From the NCBI GenBank assembly GCA_038321865.1, contig JBBQFH010000017.1, forward strand, positions 1-63,485: DNA of 63,485 bases. Reading direction: 5' to 3'. A program made the translations under genes and the position numbers. Positions 1-9,830 of this stretch are shown here, piece by piece; the first letter of the stretch is position 1, and each line of letters opens with the position of its first letter. Under the pieces are notes generated by a model that worked only from the letters and a program-made list of their open reading frames with translations, had not been told where the DNA came from and made no database searches. The stretch is from Gemmatimonadales bacterium. Its GTDB lineage: Bacteria; Gemmatimonadota; Gemmatimonadetes; Gemmatimonadales; GWC2-71-9.

Positions 1-611
1 AGCAGATGCGAAAACGACAGCACTCGCGTGCGCCGCGTGATGCGCCTGGCGAAGCGGTCCACGATCGCCTGGGCGTCGTTTTCCCCGGGCGGGATCGCCA
101 CGACGTCGAGCGCGACGCCATGCCTCCGCGCGATGTAATCCCAGCAGCGGCGCCCGCCCGGGTGCTCCTGGTCGGTCGTGAGCACGCGATCGCCCGGCCG
201 GAACGTGAGCCCCAGCGCCACCGAGTTCATCCCGTCGGTGGTGCACCGCGTCAGGACGAGCTCGTCGGTCTTGCAGCCGAGGAACGCCGCCGCCCTGGCA
301 CGGACGTCATCCATCGCGTGCTCGTGCGCGCCGTAGCCGTACAGGCTCGGATTGAGCTCGAGCTCCTTCCAGGCCGCGATCGTCTGCTCCATGACCGGCC
401 GCGGCGTCGGCCCCAGGGAGCCGGTCTGGAGGTAGACCAGCCCGGGTGTGAACATGAAATCGTCGGGCGCTGCGAGCGACCCTCGCGCACCGCGTGCGGC
501 AGGGATGATGGACCCGGTCGCCGGCCACGCGTCCCGCAGCATGAAGCCGGACACGGACAGGGCGCCGATCGAGGAAAGAAAGCTGCGCCGGGTGGGGGTG
601 GAGTCGGTCAT
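1..611 (-). CDS. Class V PLP-dependent aminotransferase (isopenicillin N epimerase / cysteine desulfurase-like) with Tat-like signal; runs off the window edge
   Basis: Manual translation from ATG 611: MTDSTPTRRSFLSS...VYLQTGSLGPTP...TTDGMNSV...TTDQEHPGG...TRVLSFSH; not in the ORF track because it is truncated. Confidence 0.85.
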   Translation of the reverse strand, partial: MTDSTPTRRSFLSSIGALSVSGFMLRDAWPATGSIIPAARGARGSLAAPDDFMFTPGLVYLQTGSLGPTPRPVMEQTIAAWKELELNPSLYGYGAHEHAMDDVRARAAAFLGCKTDELVLTRCTTDGMNSVALGLTFRPGDRVLTTDQEHPGGRRCWDYIARRHGVALDVVAIPPGENDAQAIVDRFARRITRRTRVLSFSHL

Positions 612-630
612 GCTCGTAGCCTCCGGAAGC

Positions 631-1071
631 TCACTGCATGTATGCCTCGATGTGGATCTTTCCGGTCGCGAAGTTCACGGTCCCGAAGGCCCAGATCTGG
701 CGCGTGTTCACCCATGCGTAGTCCGCGGCCGCCGTCGTGAGGCTGACGTTCTCCCACAGGTCCGCGATCGGCTCGGCGGCACGTGGCGCGGCGATGCCGT
801 CGGCGGCCAGCGCGATGCGATGACCGTCATCCGTCTCGATCACGGCCCGGATGTCCAGGTCCACACGCCCGTCGGCCCGCATGCGGGTAAAGTCGGTGCC
901 GCGCACCGTTCCCGCCAGTCGGCCGGTCGCACGGCCGGCGAAGGCGACATCGACGCGCACCCCCTGCGGCGGGATCGGTGAGGTGCCCGACAGTACCGCG
1001 TCCAGGCCCACGCCGTAGTCCGTCATGCCGGTGACATCGAGCTCGTACTCGTAAATTTTTTCGCCCCTCAT
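631..1071 (-). CDS. DUF3237-like beta-barrel protein
   Basis: MRGEKIYEY...GTVRGTDF...LDIRAVIETDDG...YAWVN; start overlaps the stop of the upstream gene. Confidence 0.65.
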   Translation of the reverse strand: MRGEKIYEYELDVTGMTDYGVGLDAVLSGTSPIPPQGVRVDVAFAGRATGRLAGTVRGTDFTRMRADGRVDLDIRAVIETDDGHRIALAADGIAAPRAAEPIADLWENVSLTTAAADYAWVNTRQIWAFGTVNFATGKIHIEAYMQ

Positions 1072-2111
1072 TGTGGCCCACCGATCGGTGACAGGGTGTC
1101 TGGTGAACGTACGGTCGTGCGGGCCGCGTCCCGCGGTGAGCCGCCCCACTGGCGGTTCCACGCCCGCCTGAGCTGCAGCCCCGACCGGAACCCGGCGGCC
1201 TCCGCCGCGAGCGTCACGCTCGCGCCGCGCTCGAGCGACTGCCGGGCCCGCTCGAGCCGGATCAGCCGCAGATACTGCAGGGGAGAGACCCCGGCGTGGT
1301 CGGTGAACAGCCGCAGCAGGTGCCGCTCGGTGGCATGGCCCACCTTGGCCAGCGCGGTCATGTCCCAGTCGCGCTCCGGCCTGGCGACAATGGCGTCCTG
1401 CACCCGGTGCACCACGGCGTGCAGATGGCGCCGATGCACCAGGAACGGCGACAGCTCAGGGTCACGCTGCGAGCGCCTGAGGTACACCACCATGTCCTCG
1501 GCCACGCTCGCGGCCAGCGCCTCACCGCACTCCCCCGCGATCAGGTGCAGCGCGAGATCGATCCCCGCGGTGACGCCGGCGCTGGACGCGAGCGGCCCAT
1601 CCACGACGAACACGCGATTCTCGATCACCTGCGCCCGGGGCGCCAGGGCACGCAGCTGCGACAGCAGCTCGTGGTGCGTGGTGCAGCGGCGGGTGCCGAG
1701 CAGCCCGGCCCGCGCCGCCAGCAGCGCGCCGGAGCAGATCGCGACCACGCGGTGCGGCGTATCCGGGGCCAGCAGCGGCTCGCCGAGGCGCTGCTTGAGC
1801 CACCGTGCCGTGGCGGCGATCGCCGGCGTGACCTGACCGAGATGCGCGGTCGGCTGGCCCACCAGCACCACCCAGGTCGGCGAGGTCAGCCGCTCCGGCA
1901 ACGGCTCGAGGCCCGCCAGGCCGAGCCCGACGGAGGTCGGCGCGTTCGCCACCGGGCCGGTGAAGCGAAGCCGGAAGCGCGGCGGCTGCCCGCGCCGCTG
2001 GCGATGCAGGTTGGCCAGGCGGAATGCTTCCGCCGGCCCCGCGATGTCGAGCAGCAGCGAGTGCGGCGCGATCACGAAGAGGAGGTCGGTCGGCTGCGCG
2101 CGTGCGATCAT
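1068..2111 (-). CDS. GlxA-family transcriptional regulator (DJ-1/PfpI + AraC HTH)
   Basis: LDIAGPAEAF, ICSGA, TTHH, SSAGVTAGIDLAL, C-terminal ERHLLRLF...LERAR HTH; true start ATG 2111 lies inside ORF 1068..3404. Confidence 0.9.
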   Translation of the reverse strand: MIARAQPTDLLFVIAPHSLLLDIAGPAEAFRLANLHRQRRGQPPRFRLRFTGPVANAPTSVGLGLAGLEPLPERLTSPTWVVLVGQPTAHLGQVTPAIAATARWLKQRLGEPLLAPDTPHRVVAICSGALLAARAGLLGTRRCTTHHELLSQLRALAPRAQVIENRVFVVDGPLASSAGVTAGIDLALHLIAGECGEALAASVAEDMVVYLRRSQRDPELSPFLVHRRHLHAVVHRVQDAIVARPERDWDMTALAKVGHATERHLLRLFTDHAGVSPLQYLRLIRLERARQSLERGASVTLAAEAAGFRSGLQLRRAWNRQWGGSPRDAARTTVRSPDTLSPIGGPQ

Positions 2112-2276
2112 TTCAGGACATGTCCTCGTTTCCCCAAGCATACACGCCGGAGGGGATTCGCGAAACGACGCGGCTGCGGGGATGTCCGAAACTGACTCAT
2201 ACCTGTCCGCCCGGGGTGCCGCCGCCCGCGGGCGAACGCCGTAGGTTGTGACCTCATCCCCTGAGAGGCCACCACC

Positions 2277-4316
2277 ATGTACACGATTTGCCTGCTGCTC
2301 GCCGCCGCGCTCTGCTGCTGGCCCGGGTCCCGCGCCGTCGCGCAGGCCGTCGACGGGAGAAGCCCTTCGACGCTCGAGGACGGCGTCGATCCCGGCATCA
2401 GGCCGGGCGACGACTTCTTCGGCTTCGCCAACGGCGGCTGGCTCAGGACCACCGAAATCCGGGAGAGCTGGAGCGCGCGGAGCGAGATCCGTGAGCGCAC
2501 CCGCCAGCAGGTCGCGAAGCTGCTCGACGACGCCGGCACCCAGCCCGCCGGGTCGCTCGCGCGGAAAGTGGCCGACTTCCGCGCCGCCTGGTTGAACGAA
2601 GCCGCCATCGAGGCCCGGGGCATCGCACCACTCCGGCCGCTGCTTGCCGGCATCGACCGCGTGCACGACAGAGCGACGCTCACGCGGCTCCTGGGCAGCA
2701 GACTCGGCGCCGACGTCGACCCGCTCAACTGGGGCGTCTACCGCTCGGCCCGCCTGCTGGGTCTGTCGGTGGAGCCGAGCATCCACGGCGAGAAGCGGTA
2801 TGTCGCGTTCCTGGTGCAGGGCGGGCTCGGCCTCCCGGACCGCGAGCACTACCTGAGTGCCGAGCCCCGCATGCAGGCGCTCCGGATCAGATACCAGGCG
2901 TACATCGCCCGGCTGCTGGCGCTCACCGGCTTCGACAACACCGAATTGCGCGCCCGGGCGGTGATGGCGCTGGAGACTGCCATCGCCCGGGGCCAGGCCA
3001 CCAGTGAGGCGTCCGCCAACGACCACAACGCCGACAGCCTGTGGACGCGGGCCGATTTCGCCCGCCAGGCGCCGGGCATGGACTGGTCCGTCTTCTTCAC
3101 CGCGGCGGGACTGGGACGGCAGGAACCGCTTGTCCCCTGGCAGCCCGGTGCCGTGAGGAGTCTGGCGTCGCTGGTCGCGTCGGAGCCGATCGAAACGTGG
3201 AAGGACTACCTGCGCTTTCACGCCGTCCACGCGGAGGCCGACCTGCTGCCGCACCCCTTTGCCGCCGAGGCGCTGGCGCTGCAGGCGGAGGTCACGGGCC
3301 AGCCGAAGGAAACTCCGCGCGCGCAGCGTGCGCTCGAGGCGACGCAGTCGGCGCTGAGCGACGCGCTGGGAAGGATGTACGCCGAACGGTACTTCCCGGC
3401 CCACCAGAAAGCCCGGGTGCAGGGCATCGTCGCCAACGTCGTCGCCGCGCTGGCCCGGCGGGTCGAAGGGGCGACGTGGATGTCACCCGACACCAGGACG
3501 CGGGCGCTGGCCAAGCTGAAGACGCTGTACATCGGCATCGGATATCCGGACCAGTGGCAGGATTATTCCGATCTGGCGGTGGATCCGCTGGACGCCGCGG
3601 GCAATCTCCGGCGCGTCGAGGAGCGGAACTACCGGCGTACCGTGGCCCGCATCGGCCGGCCGGTGGACCCGGCCGAATGGTGGATCGCGCCCCAGCGGGC
3701 CGGCGCGATCCTCGTCTTCCAGCAGAACGCCTACGACTTCTCCGCCGCCCTGCTGCAGGCACCCAAGTTCGACTCGGCGGCGTCGGATGCCGCGGCCTAC
3801 GGCGCCATCGGTGCCCTCATCGGCCACGATGCCAGCCACTTCATCGACGTGCTCGGCGCGGAATACGATACCGACGGCGGGATGCGCCACTGGTGGACCG
3901 CCGAGGACATGTCGCGCTTCCAGGCGCTGGCGGACCCGCTGGTGAATCAGTTCTCCGCGTACCGTCCGTTTTCGGACCTGGCCGTCAACGGCCGGACGAC
4001 GCAATCCGAGAACATCGCCGACCTCGCCGGCCTGGCCTCGGCCTTCGACGCCTACCGCAAGTCGCTCGGCGGCAGGGCGGCCGACCGGAGCTACGTGCGG
4101 CAGCAGGATCGGCAGTTCTTCATCGGATTCGCCCGAAGCTGGCGCAGCAAGCTGAGCGACAGCGCGTTGCGAGACCAGCTCACCTCCGATGCCCACGCGC
4201 CGGACCGGTACCGGATCGCCACGGTGCGGAACATCGACGCGTGGTACGACGCGTTCGACGTGCAGCCGGGGCAGCAGCTGTACCTCCCGCCCGAGGCCCG
4301 GGTGAGGATCTGGTAG
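2277..4316 (+). CDS. M13-family (neprilysin/PepO-like) metallopeptidase with signal peptide and a variant zinc motif
   Basis: PGDDFFGFANGGW, QGGLGLPDRE, IGYPDQW, GHDASH, ENIADLAG, HAP..YR motifs. Confidence 0.9.
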   Translation: MYTICLLLAAALCCWPGSRAVAQAVDGRSPSTLEDGVDPGIRPGDDFFGFANGGWLRTTEIRESWSARSEIRERTRQQVAKLLDDAGTQPAGSLARKVADFRAAWLNEAAIEARGIAPLRPLLAGIDRVHDRATLTRLLGSRLGADVDPLNWGVYRSARLLGLSVEPSIHGEKRYVAFLVQGGLGLPDREHYLSAEPRMQALRIRYQAYIARLLALTGFDNTELRARAVMALETAIARGQATSEASANDHNADSLWTRADFARQAPGMDWSVFFTAAGLGRQEPLVPWQPGAVRSLASLVASEPIETWKDYLRFHAVHAEADLLPHPFAAEALALQAEVTGQPKETPRAQRALEATQSALSDALGRMYAERYFPAHQKARVQGIVANVVAALARRVEGATWMSPDTRTRALAKLKTLYIGIGYPDQWQDYSDLAVDPLDAAGNLRRVEERNYRRTVARIGRPVDPAEWWIAPQRAGAILVFQQNAYDFSAALLQAPKFDSAASDAAAYGAIGALIGHDASHFIDVLGAEYDTDGGMRHWWTAEDMSRFQALADPLVNQFSAYRPFSDLAVNGRTTQSENIADLAGLASAFDAYRKSLGGRAADRSYVRQQDRQFFIGFARSWRSKLSDSALRDQLTSDAHAPDRYRIATVRNIDAWYDAFDVQPGQQLYLPPEARVRIW

Positions 4317-4318
4317 CC

Positions 4319-5092
4319 ATGCGCGTGACCGTCTGCGAGCTCCCGCATGAACCCGATGCCCTGGCCGCGGCATGGGCCGCGCTCTGCCGGCATGCGTCAG
4401 AGCAGGCATCCGGGCTCGTGCTGCTGCCCGAGTTCGCCTTCGTCGACCCGGTGTGGGAGGCCGATCTCTTCGACCCGGCACGCTGGGCCGCCATCGTGGC
4501 CCAAAGCGATGCCTGGCTCGCGCGCCTGCCCGAGCTCCATGCCGCGCACGTGGTGGGGGCTCGGCCCGCCACCGTCGGCGGCCGGCCGTTCAATCAGGGA
4601 TTCCACTGGTCGGCCGCCGGCGGCTGCACGCCGCTCCGGCGCAAGTTCTATCTGCCGGATGAACCGGGCGGACGGGAAGCGCGGTGGTTCGACCGGGGTG
4701 ATCCGGCCTTTCCGGTCTTCCACGCCGGCCCCCTCTCGTTCGGACTCAACATCTGCACCGAGCTGTGGGCGCTCGAGACCTGTGCCGCGTACGCCGACGC
4801 GGGCGTGCAGGCCATCCTGTCGCCTCGCGCGACGGCCGCGGCTACGACGGCGAAGTGGCTGTCGGTCGGCGTGGTGGCGGCGGTGCGATCGGGTGCCTTC
4901 AGCCTGTCGTCCAACCGGGTGGATCCGGCGGGTGCCTGCGGCGGCGTTGGGTGGATCATCACGCCGGATGGCGGGATCCTGGCGAGCACGACACCCGCGA
5001 CCCCGTTCGTCACGATGGACATCGATCTCGCCGCGCCGGCGGCGGCGCAGGCGGGCTACCCCTGCTCGGTGCTGCGCGGGCCCTTCCTTTAG
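4319..5092 (+). CDS. Carbon-nitrogen hydrolase (nitrilase superfamily)
   Basis: Catalytic triad contexts LLPEF, RRKFYLP, NICTELW. Confidence 0.85.
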   Translation: MRVTVCELPHEPDALAAAWAALCRHASEQASGLVLLPEFAFVDPVWEADLFDPARWAAIVAQSDAWLARLPELHAAHVVGARPATVGGRPFNQGFHWSAAGGCTPLRRKFYLPDEPGGREARWFDRGDPAFPVFHAGPLSFGLNICTELWALETCAAYADAGVQAILSPRATAAATTAKWLSVGVVAAVRSGAFSLSSNRVDPAGACGGVGWIITPDGGILASTTPATPFVTMDIDLAAPAAAQAGYPCSVLRGPFL

Positions 5093-5154
5093 TAGCCAAT
5101 TGCAGCGCCCCGCCTTAGATTCCCGCCTTCTCCCACGTAAAAGCAGCGGCAGCC

Positions 5155-8100
5155 ATGGCGGATCTCCTCGCACGCGTCCAGCAGGCGCTGTCCGGCAGCC
5201 ACACCATCGAGCGCGAGCTCGGCGGCGGCGGCATGTCGCGGGTGTTCGTCGCCGACGAGCACCGCCTCGGGCGCAAGGTGGTGGTGAAGCTGCTCTCGCC
5301 CGAGCTGGGGGCGGCGCTGTCCACCACCCGCTTCGAGCGCGAGATCCGGGTCGCCGCCTCGCTGCAGCAGGCGAACATCGTCCCCGTGCTCTCCGCCGGC
5401 GAGCTCGAGGGGCTGCCGTACTACATCATGCCGTACGTCGAGGGCGAGAGCCTCCGCGCCCGGCTCGGGCGCGGCCCGGTGTCGATCGCCGACGCGGTGA
5501 GCATCCTCCGCGACGTCTCGCGGGCACTCGCCTACGCGCACGAGCGCGGCGTGGTGCATCGCGACATCAAGCCCGACAACGTCCTCCTCTCCGGCCACAC
5601 CGCCGTCGTTACCGACTTCGGCATCGCGAAAGCCATCGCGGCCGCCGCGGCCGAGCCCACCGGCGCGACGCTGACGCAGCTCGGCACCGCCATCGGGACG
5701 CCGGCCTACATGGCGCCGGAGCAGGCGGCGGGCGACCCCGACACCGATCATCGCGCCGACGTCTACGCCTTCGGCTGCATGGCGTACGAGCTGCTCGCGG
5801 GGCACGCGCCCTTCCACGGCCTGCTCCCGCACAAGCTGCTCGTGGCCCACATGAGCGAGACGCCGAAGCCGGTGGCCGATCTCCGCCCCGACTGCCCGCC
5901 GGCGCTCGCCGCCCTGGTCATGCAGTGCCTCGCGAAGGATCCCGCCGCCCGGCCGGCGAGCGCCACCGAGCTGCTCCGCCGGCTCGACGTCGTCGCCTCG
6001 CCCTCGGCCCCGCAGGCCGCGATGCCGGCGATCCTGCTGGGCGGCCGCCCGATGCTGCTCCGCGCGCTCGCCGTCTACGCCGTGGCGTTTCTGGCGGTCG
6101 CGATCCTGGCCCGCGCCGCGATCATCGCGATCGGGCTCCCCGACTGGGTATTTCCCGGCGCGCTCGCCGTCATGGCGCTCGGGCTGCCGGTGATCCTGCT
6201 GACGGGATACACGCAGTACGTCTCGCACCGCGCGGCGATGGCGACGCCCACCTTCACCCCCGGGGGCACGCCGTCCCTCGCCTCCCTGCACGGCACCATG
6301 GCGACCCTCGCCATCAAGGCGAGCCCGCACGTGTCGTGGCGGCGCACCGTGCGCGGCGGCGTGATCGCGGGGACGGTGTTCGTGCTGCTGGTGGTGGGCT
6401 ACATGACGCTCCGCGCCCTCGGCATCGGCCCCGCCGGCTCGCTCCTCGCCGCCGGCAAGCTCACCGCGAGCGACAAGGTGCTCGTCGCCGCGTTCGACGC
6501 GCCGGGCGCGGACTCCTCGCTCGGCTCGACCATCGCCGAGGCGGTGCGGACCAACCTCTCGCAGAGTCAGGCCGTCCGCGTCATGCCCACCAGCGCCGTC
6601 GTCGCGGCCCTGGAGCAGATGAACCGGCCGGACACCGCGCGGGTCGACTTCACGACCGCGCGCGAGATCGCGCAGCGCACCGGGGCCAAGGCGGTCGTCG
6701 CGGGAAGCGTGGTGCCGGCGGGCAGCGGCTACATCGTGACGGCGCGGCTCATCGCCGCCGAAAGCGGCGACGAGCTCGCATCGTTCCGCGAGTCGGCGAA
6801 GGACGCCGGCGATCTCATCCCGTCGGTGGACCGCCTGACCAAGGCGCTGCGCGGGAGACTCGGCGAGTCGCTCCGGACGGTCCGCGCCGCACCCCGCCTC
6901 GACCAGGTGACCACCGGCTCGCTCGGCGCCCTCCGGAGCTACGCTGCGGGCCTCCGCGCCAACGACATCCAGGGCGACTACCCGGCCGCCGTCCAGTACT
7001 TCCACGACGCCATCCGGCTGGACAGCACCTTCGCCATGGCGCACGTGCAGCTCGCGTATTCGCTCATGACGCTCGGCGGAGCCGGCAGTCAGGCCCAGGC
7101 CGATGCGGAGCTGACGGCCGCGTTCCGGCTGCGTGACCGGCTGCCCGAGCGCGAGCGGTACAACGTGGAGGGGGCCTATTACATGTCGGCGGCGCCCGAC
7201 CGCACCAGGGCGATCCCGGCCCTCCGGCGCGCGGTGGACCTGGACTCCACGAACTACGACGCCGCCAACTCGCTCGGCGTGACGCTCAACGACGCGCGTG
7301 ACTATGCCGGCTCGGAGCAGGCGTACCGCCTGGCCTTGGTGGGCGAGCCAGCCAACGGCACCATCCTGTCCAACCTCGCGACGCTGTACACCGAGATGGG
7401 CCGCCACGCCGGGTTCGATTCGGTGATGGCGGTACTGGCCGGGGCCGCCGTGCCCTTTCCCACCGGGCCGATGCGGTACGTCGAGTCCTGGAGCCGGCGC
7501 GACTACGACGCCGCCGAGCGGCAGGCGCGGGCGGGGGCGGACACCGCCTCACCACGCCGGGCGGTGAATGCCCGGGACGGGCTCGTCGGCATCGCCATGC
7601 TCCGGGGGAAGCTGCACGAGGCGGAGCGGGGCTATGCGGAGGTGAACGAGGCGAGGGCCCGGGTGCGTGGCGACACCGCGAGCCCCTATGACGTCGCCTT
7701 CTTTCACGCGATCGTCGACGGCGAGCTCCGGGGAAATCCCGAGCGCGGCCTCGCGGCGCTCGACGAGGCGGCGCGCGCCAACCCGCCCGCGAGCGTGCCG
7801 ATCGCCCGTGACCGGAGCCATCGGCTGGCGCTGGCCTACGCGCGGCTCGGCGCCCCGGCAAAGGCGCGCGCCATCCTGAACCAGCACGAGGCGCGGCTCG
7901 ACGCCGCCGGCCGCCGGGCAGAAGTGGTCCCGCTGGCCCGGATTCGCGGCGTCATCGCCTTGGCCGAGGGGAAGAGCGACAGCGCGATCGCCTGGTTCCG
8001 GCAGGGAGATGCGGAGGCCGACGGGCTGCCGACGCACAACTGCTCCGTCTGCACGCCGATGTTCGTCGGCTTCGCCTTCGACCGCGGCGGTCACGCCGAC

Positions 8101-8349
8101 TCGGCGCGGGCCTACCTGACGAAGTACGTCGAGATGAACGGGACCGACCGCACCTTCATCGATCGCTTCTACCTGGCGCCGACGCTCTTCCGTCTGGGCG
8201 AGCTCTACGAGAGCGCCGGCGATACGAAGCGGGCCACCGACTATTACGGCCGCTTCGTTGACCTCTGGCGGACCGCCGATCCCGAGTTGCAACCGCGGGT
8301 GGCGGAGGCGCGGGCCCGCATCGTCCAGCTCAATAAGGCCCGGCAGTAG
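5155..8349 (+). CDS. Membrane Hanks-type Ser/Thr protein kinase with TPR-like C-terminal region
   Basis: LGGGGMSRV, VVVK, HRDIKPDN, DFG, GTPAYMAPEQ; TM segments; TPR-like helical repeats. Confidence 0.92.
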   Translation: MADLLARVQQALSGSHTIERELGGGGMSRVFVADEHRLGRKVVVKLLSPELGAALSTTRFEREIRVAASLQQANIVPVLSAGELEGLPYYIMPYVEGESLRARLGRGPVSIADAVSILRDVSRALAYAHERGVVHRDIKPDNVLLSGHTAVVTDFGIAKAIAAAAAEPTGATLTQLGTAIGTPAYMAPEQAAGDPDTDHRADVYAFGCMAYELLAGHAPFHGLLPHKLLVAHMSETPKPVADLRPDCPPALAALVMQCLAKDPAARPASATELLRRLDVVASPSAPQAAMPAILLGGRPMLLRALAVYAVAFLAVAILARAAIIAIGLPDWVFPGALAVMALGLPVILLTGYTQYVSHRAAMATPTFTPGGTPSLASLHGTMATLAIKASPHVSWRRTVRGGVIAGTVFVLLVVGYMTLRALGIGPAGSLLAAGKLTASDKVLVAAFDAPGADSSLGSTIAEAVRTNLSQSQAVRVMPTSAVVAALEQMNRPDTARVDFTTAREIAQRTGAKAVVAGSVVPAGSGYIVTARLIAAESGDELASFRESAKDAGDLIPSVDRLTKALRGRLGESLRTVRAAPRLDQVTTGSLGALRSYAAGLRANDIQGDYPAAVQYFHDAIRLDSTFAMAHVQLAYSLMTLGGAGSQAQADAELTAAFRLRDRLPERERYNVEGAYYMSAAPDRTRAIPALRRAVDLDSTNYDAANSLGVTLNDARDYAGSEQAYRLALVGEPANGTILSNLATLYTEMGRHAGFDSVMAVLAGAAVPFPTGPMRYVESWSRRDYDAAERQARAGADTASPRRAVNARDGLVGIAMLRGKLHEAERGYAEVNEARARVRGDTASPYDVAFFHAIVDGELRGNPERGLAALDEAARANPPASVPIARDRSHRLALAYARLGAPAKARAILNQHEARLDAAGRRAEVVPLARIRGVIALAEGKSDSAIAWFRQGDAEADGLPTHNCSVCTPMFVGFAFDRGGHADSARAYLTKYVEMNGTDRTFIDRFYLAPTLFRLGELYESAGDTKRATDYYGRFVDLWRTADPELQPRVAEARARIVQLNKARQ

Positions 8350-8355
8350 CGCCGG

Positions 8356-8787
8356 TCAGCTCCGCTTCTTCGGCGGTTTGGCCTTGGCGGCACCGTTGAG
8401 GGCGACCGCCTCGCGAACGAGCGCCTTGAAGGCGGCCTCGTCGACCTTCTCTCCCTCGTGGATGTCGATGGCCCGGCGCACCTTCCCCTCGAGACTCGCG
8501 TTGAAGAGCCGGGCCGGGTCCTTCAGCGACGCGCCCCTGGCGAAGGTGAGCTTCACGACGCTCTTGTAGGACTCGCCGGTGCAGATGATGCCGTCGTGCG
8601 ACCAGATCGGCGTCCCCATCCACTTCCACTCCTCGACGACGTCCGGGTCCGCGGCCTTGATGAGCTTGCGCATCCGGCTGAGCGTTTTCCCCCGCCAGTC
8701 GCCCAGCTCGGCGATCCTGTTCGAGATCAGCTCCGACGCCGACTGGCCCTGCTTCGCGACTGATTTCGCTTTTGTGGATCCTTTCAT
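8356..8787 (-). CDS. DUF1801 (YdhG-like) protein
   Basis: DWRGKTLSRMRKLI...EEWKWMGTPIW...GASLKDP. Confidence 0.85.
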   Translation of the reverse strand: MKGSTKAKSVAKQGQSASELISNRIAELGDWRGKTLSRMRKLIKAADPDVVEEWKWMGTPIWSHDGIICTGESYKSVVKLTFARGASLKDPARLFNASLEGKVRRAIDIHEGEKVDEAAFKALVREAVALNGAAKAKPPKKRS

Positions 8788-8860
8788 CAGCCATCCTTCC
8801 TTACGATCTGAGGGGGCAGGCACCGCTTGCGGCGTGACGCGTACCGCTCGGTCAACCTGA

Positions 8861-9304
8861 TCAACTGCTCACCGCGCGCTTCAGCAGCGCACTGATTGTC
8901 GCTTCGTCGCGGGCCGTCAGATCCTTCAGCGCAAACGCCGTCGGCCACATTCCGCCATCATCGAGTGTCGCCACGTCGCTGAAGCCGAGGGTGGCGTACC
9001 TCGCCTTGAACTTCGCCGCGTCCTGAAAGAAACAGAGGACCTTGCCGTCTTTGGCGTAGGCCGGCATCCCGTACCAGAGCCGGGGCGTGAGGTCGGGGGC
9101 GCTGGCCCGGATGATGGCGTGGATCCTCTCACCCATGGCGCGGTCCGGCGCCGCCATCGCGGCAATTTTGGCGAGCACCTCGCTCTCCGCGTCCGTTCCT
9201 TCGGCCCGCGGCCGCTTGGCGGCCCGCAGCTCCCGGGCACGCTCGCACATCGCGGCGCGCTCCTCCTCGGTGAACCCTTCGGATGGTTTCTTCATGGGAG
9301 TCAT
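8861..9304 (-). CDS. DUF1801 (YdhG-like) protein
   Basis: [23 protein letters not shown]...MWPTAFAL. Confidence 0.8.
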   Translation of the reverse strand: MTPMKKPSEGFTEEERAAMCERARELRAAKRPRAEGTDAESEVLAKIAAMAAPDRAMGERIHAIIRASAPDLTPRLWYGMPAYAKDGKVLCFFQDAAKFKARYATLGFSDVATLDDGGMWPTAFALKDLTARDEATISALLKRAVSS

Positions 9305-9306
9305 TC

Positions 9307-9830
9307 TCACCGGTCCATGATCGGAAGGTATTCGCGCCACGGGCCGACCGCGTCGCGGTACTGCTTCGCCATGACGCGGGCGGTTTGCGCCAGGTGCCCC
9401 AGGTCGTGCGCGACCCACGTGGCCAGCAGCTGGCGCAGCGTCACCGGCCCGAGCTCCGGGTGCTCCCCCTCCAGCGCGAGCTGCGCCGCTGTCAGGTGCC
9501 AGGCGCCGAGGGTGGCCAGATTGTCGGCCCGGAGCCGCGCGAACTCGTCGAGCAGATCATCGAGCGGCCGGCCCTTGCTCTCCCGGAGCTGCGCGAAGCG
9601 ATCGTACGGCGTGAAGCGGCGGTCCGGCCCCTGGGCAAGGATGATCTGCGCCCGCGGGATCCAGTCGGTGCGCTCGCCGTGGATCAGATGGCCGACGATG
9701 CCGTACGGGCTCCAGGTCTCGGGGCCCTCGGTCGCCCCGGTCCACGATTGCGGGAGCCCGGCGAGCATCGCACGGAGGGCGTGCGGCGTGCGCCGAGGAC
9801 CGCGATGCCGGCGGCCAGGTCGAAGTCCAT
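9307..9830 (-). pseudogene. DinB-family protein with a 1-bp deletion near 9793 (pseudogene or sequencing error)
   Basis: MDFDLAAGIAVL lies in one frame and RTPHALRAMLAGLP...WSPYGIVGHLIHGERTDW...WVAHDLGH in another; CTC-GG-CGC at the junction. Confidence 0.75.

Noticed and set aside
2112..3404. Apparent 778-aa ORF giving the GlxA regulator a long N-terminal extension
   Set aside because: The extension is the antisense shadow of the M13 peptidase; homology begins at ATG 2111.
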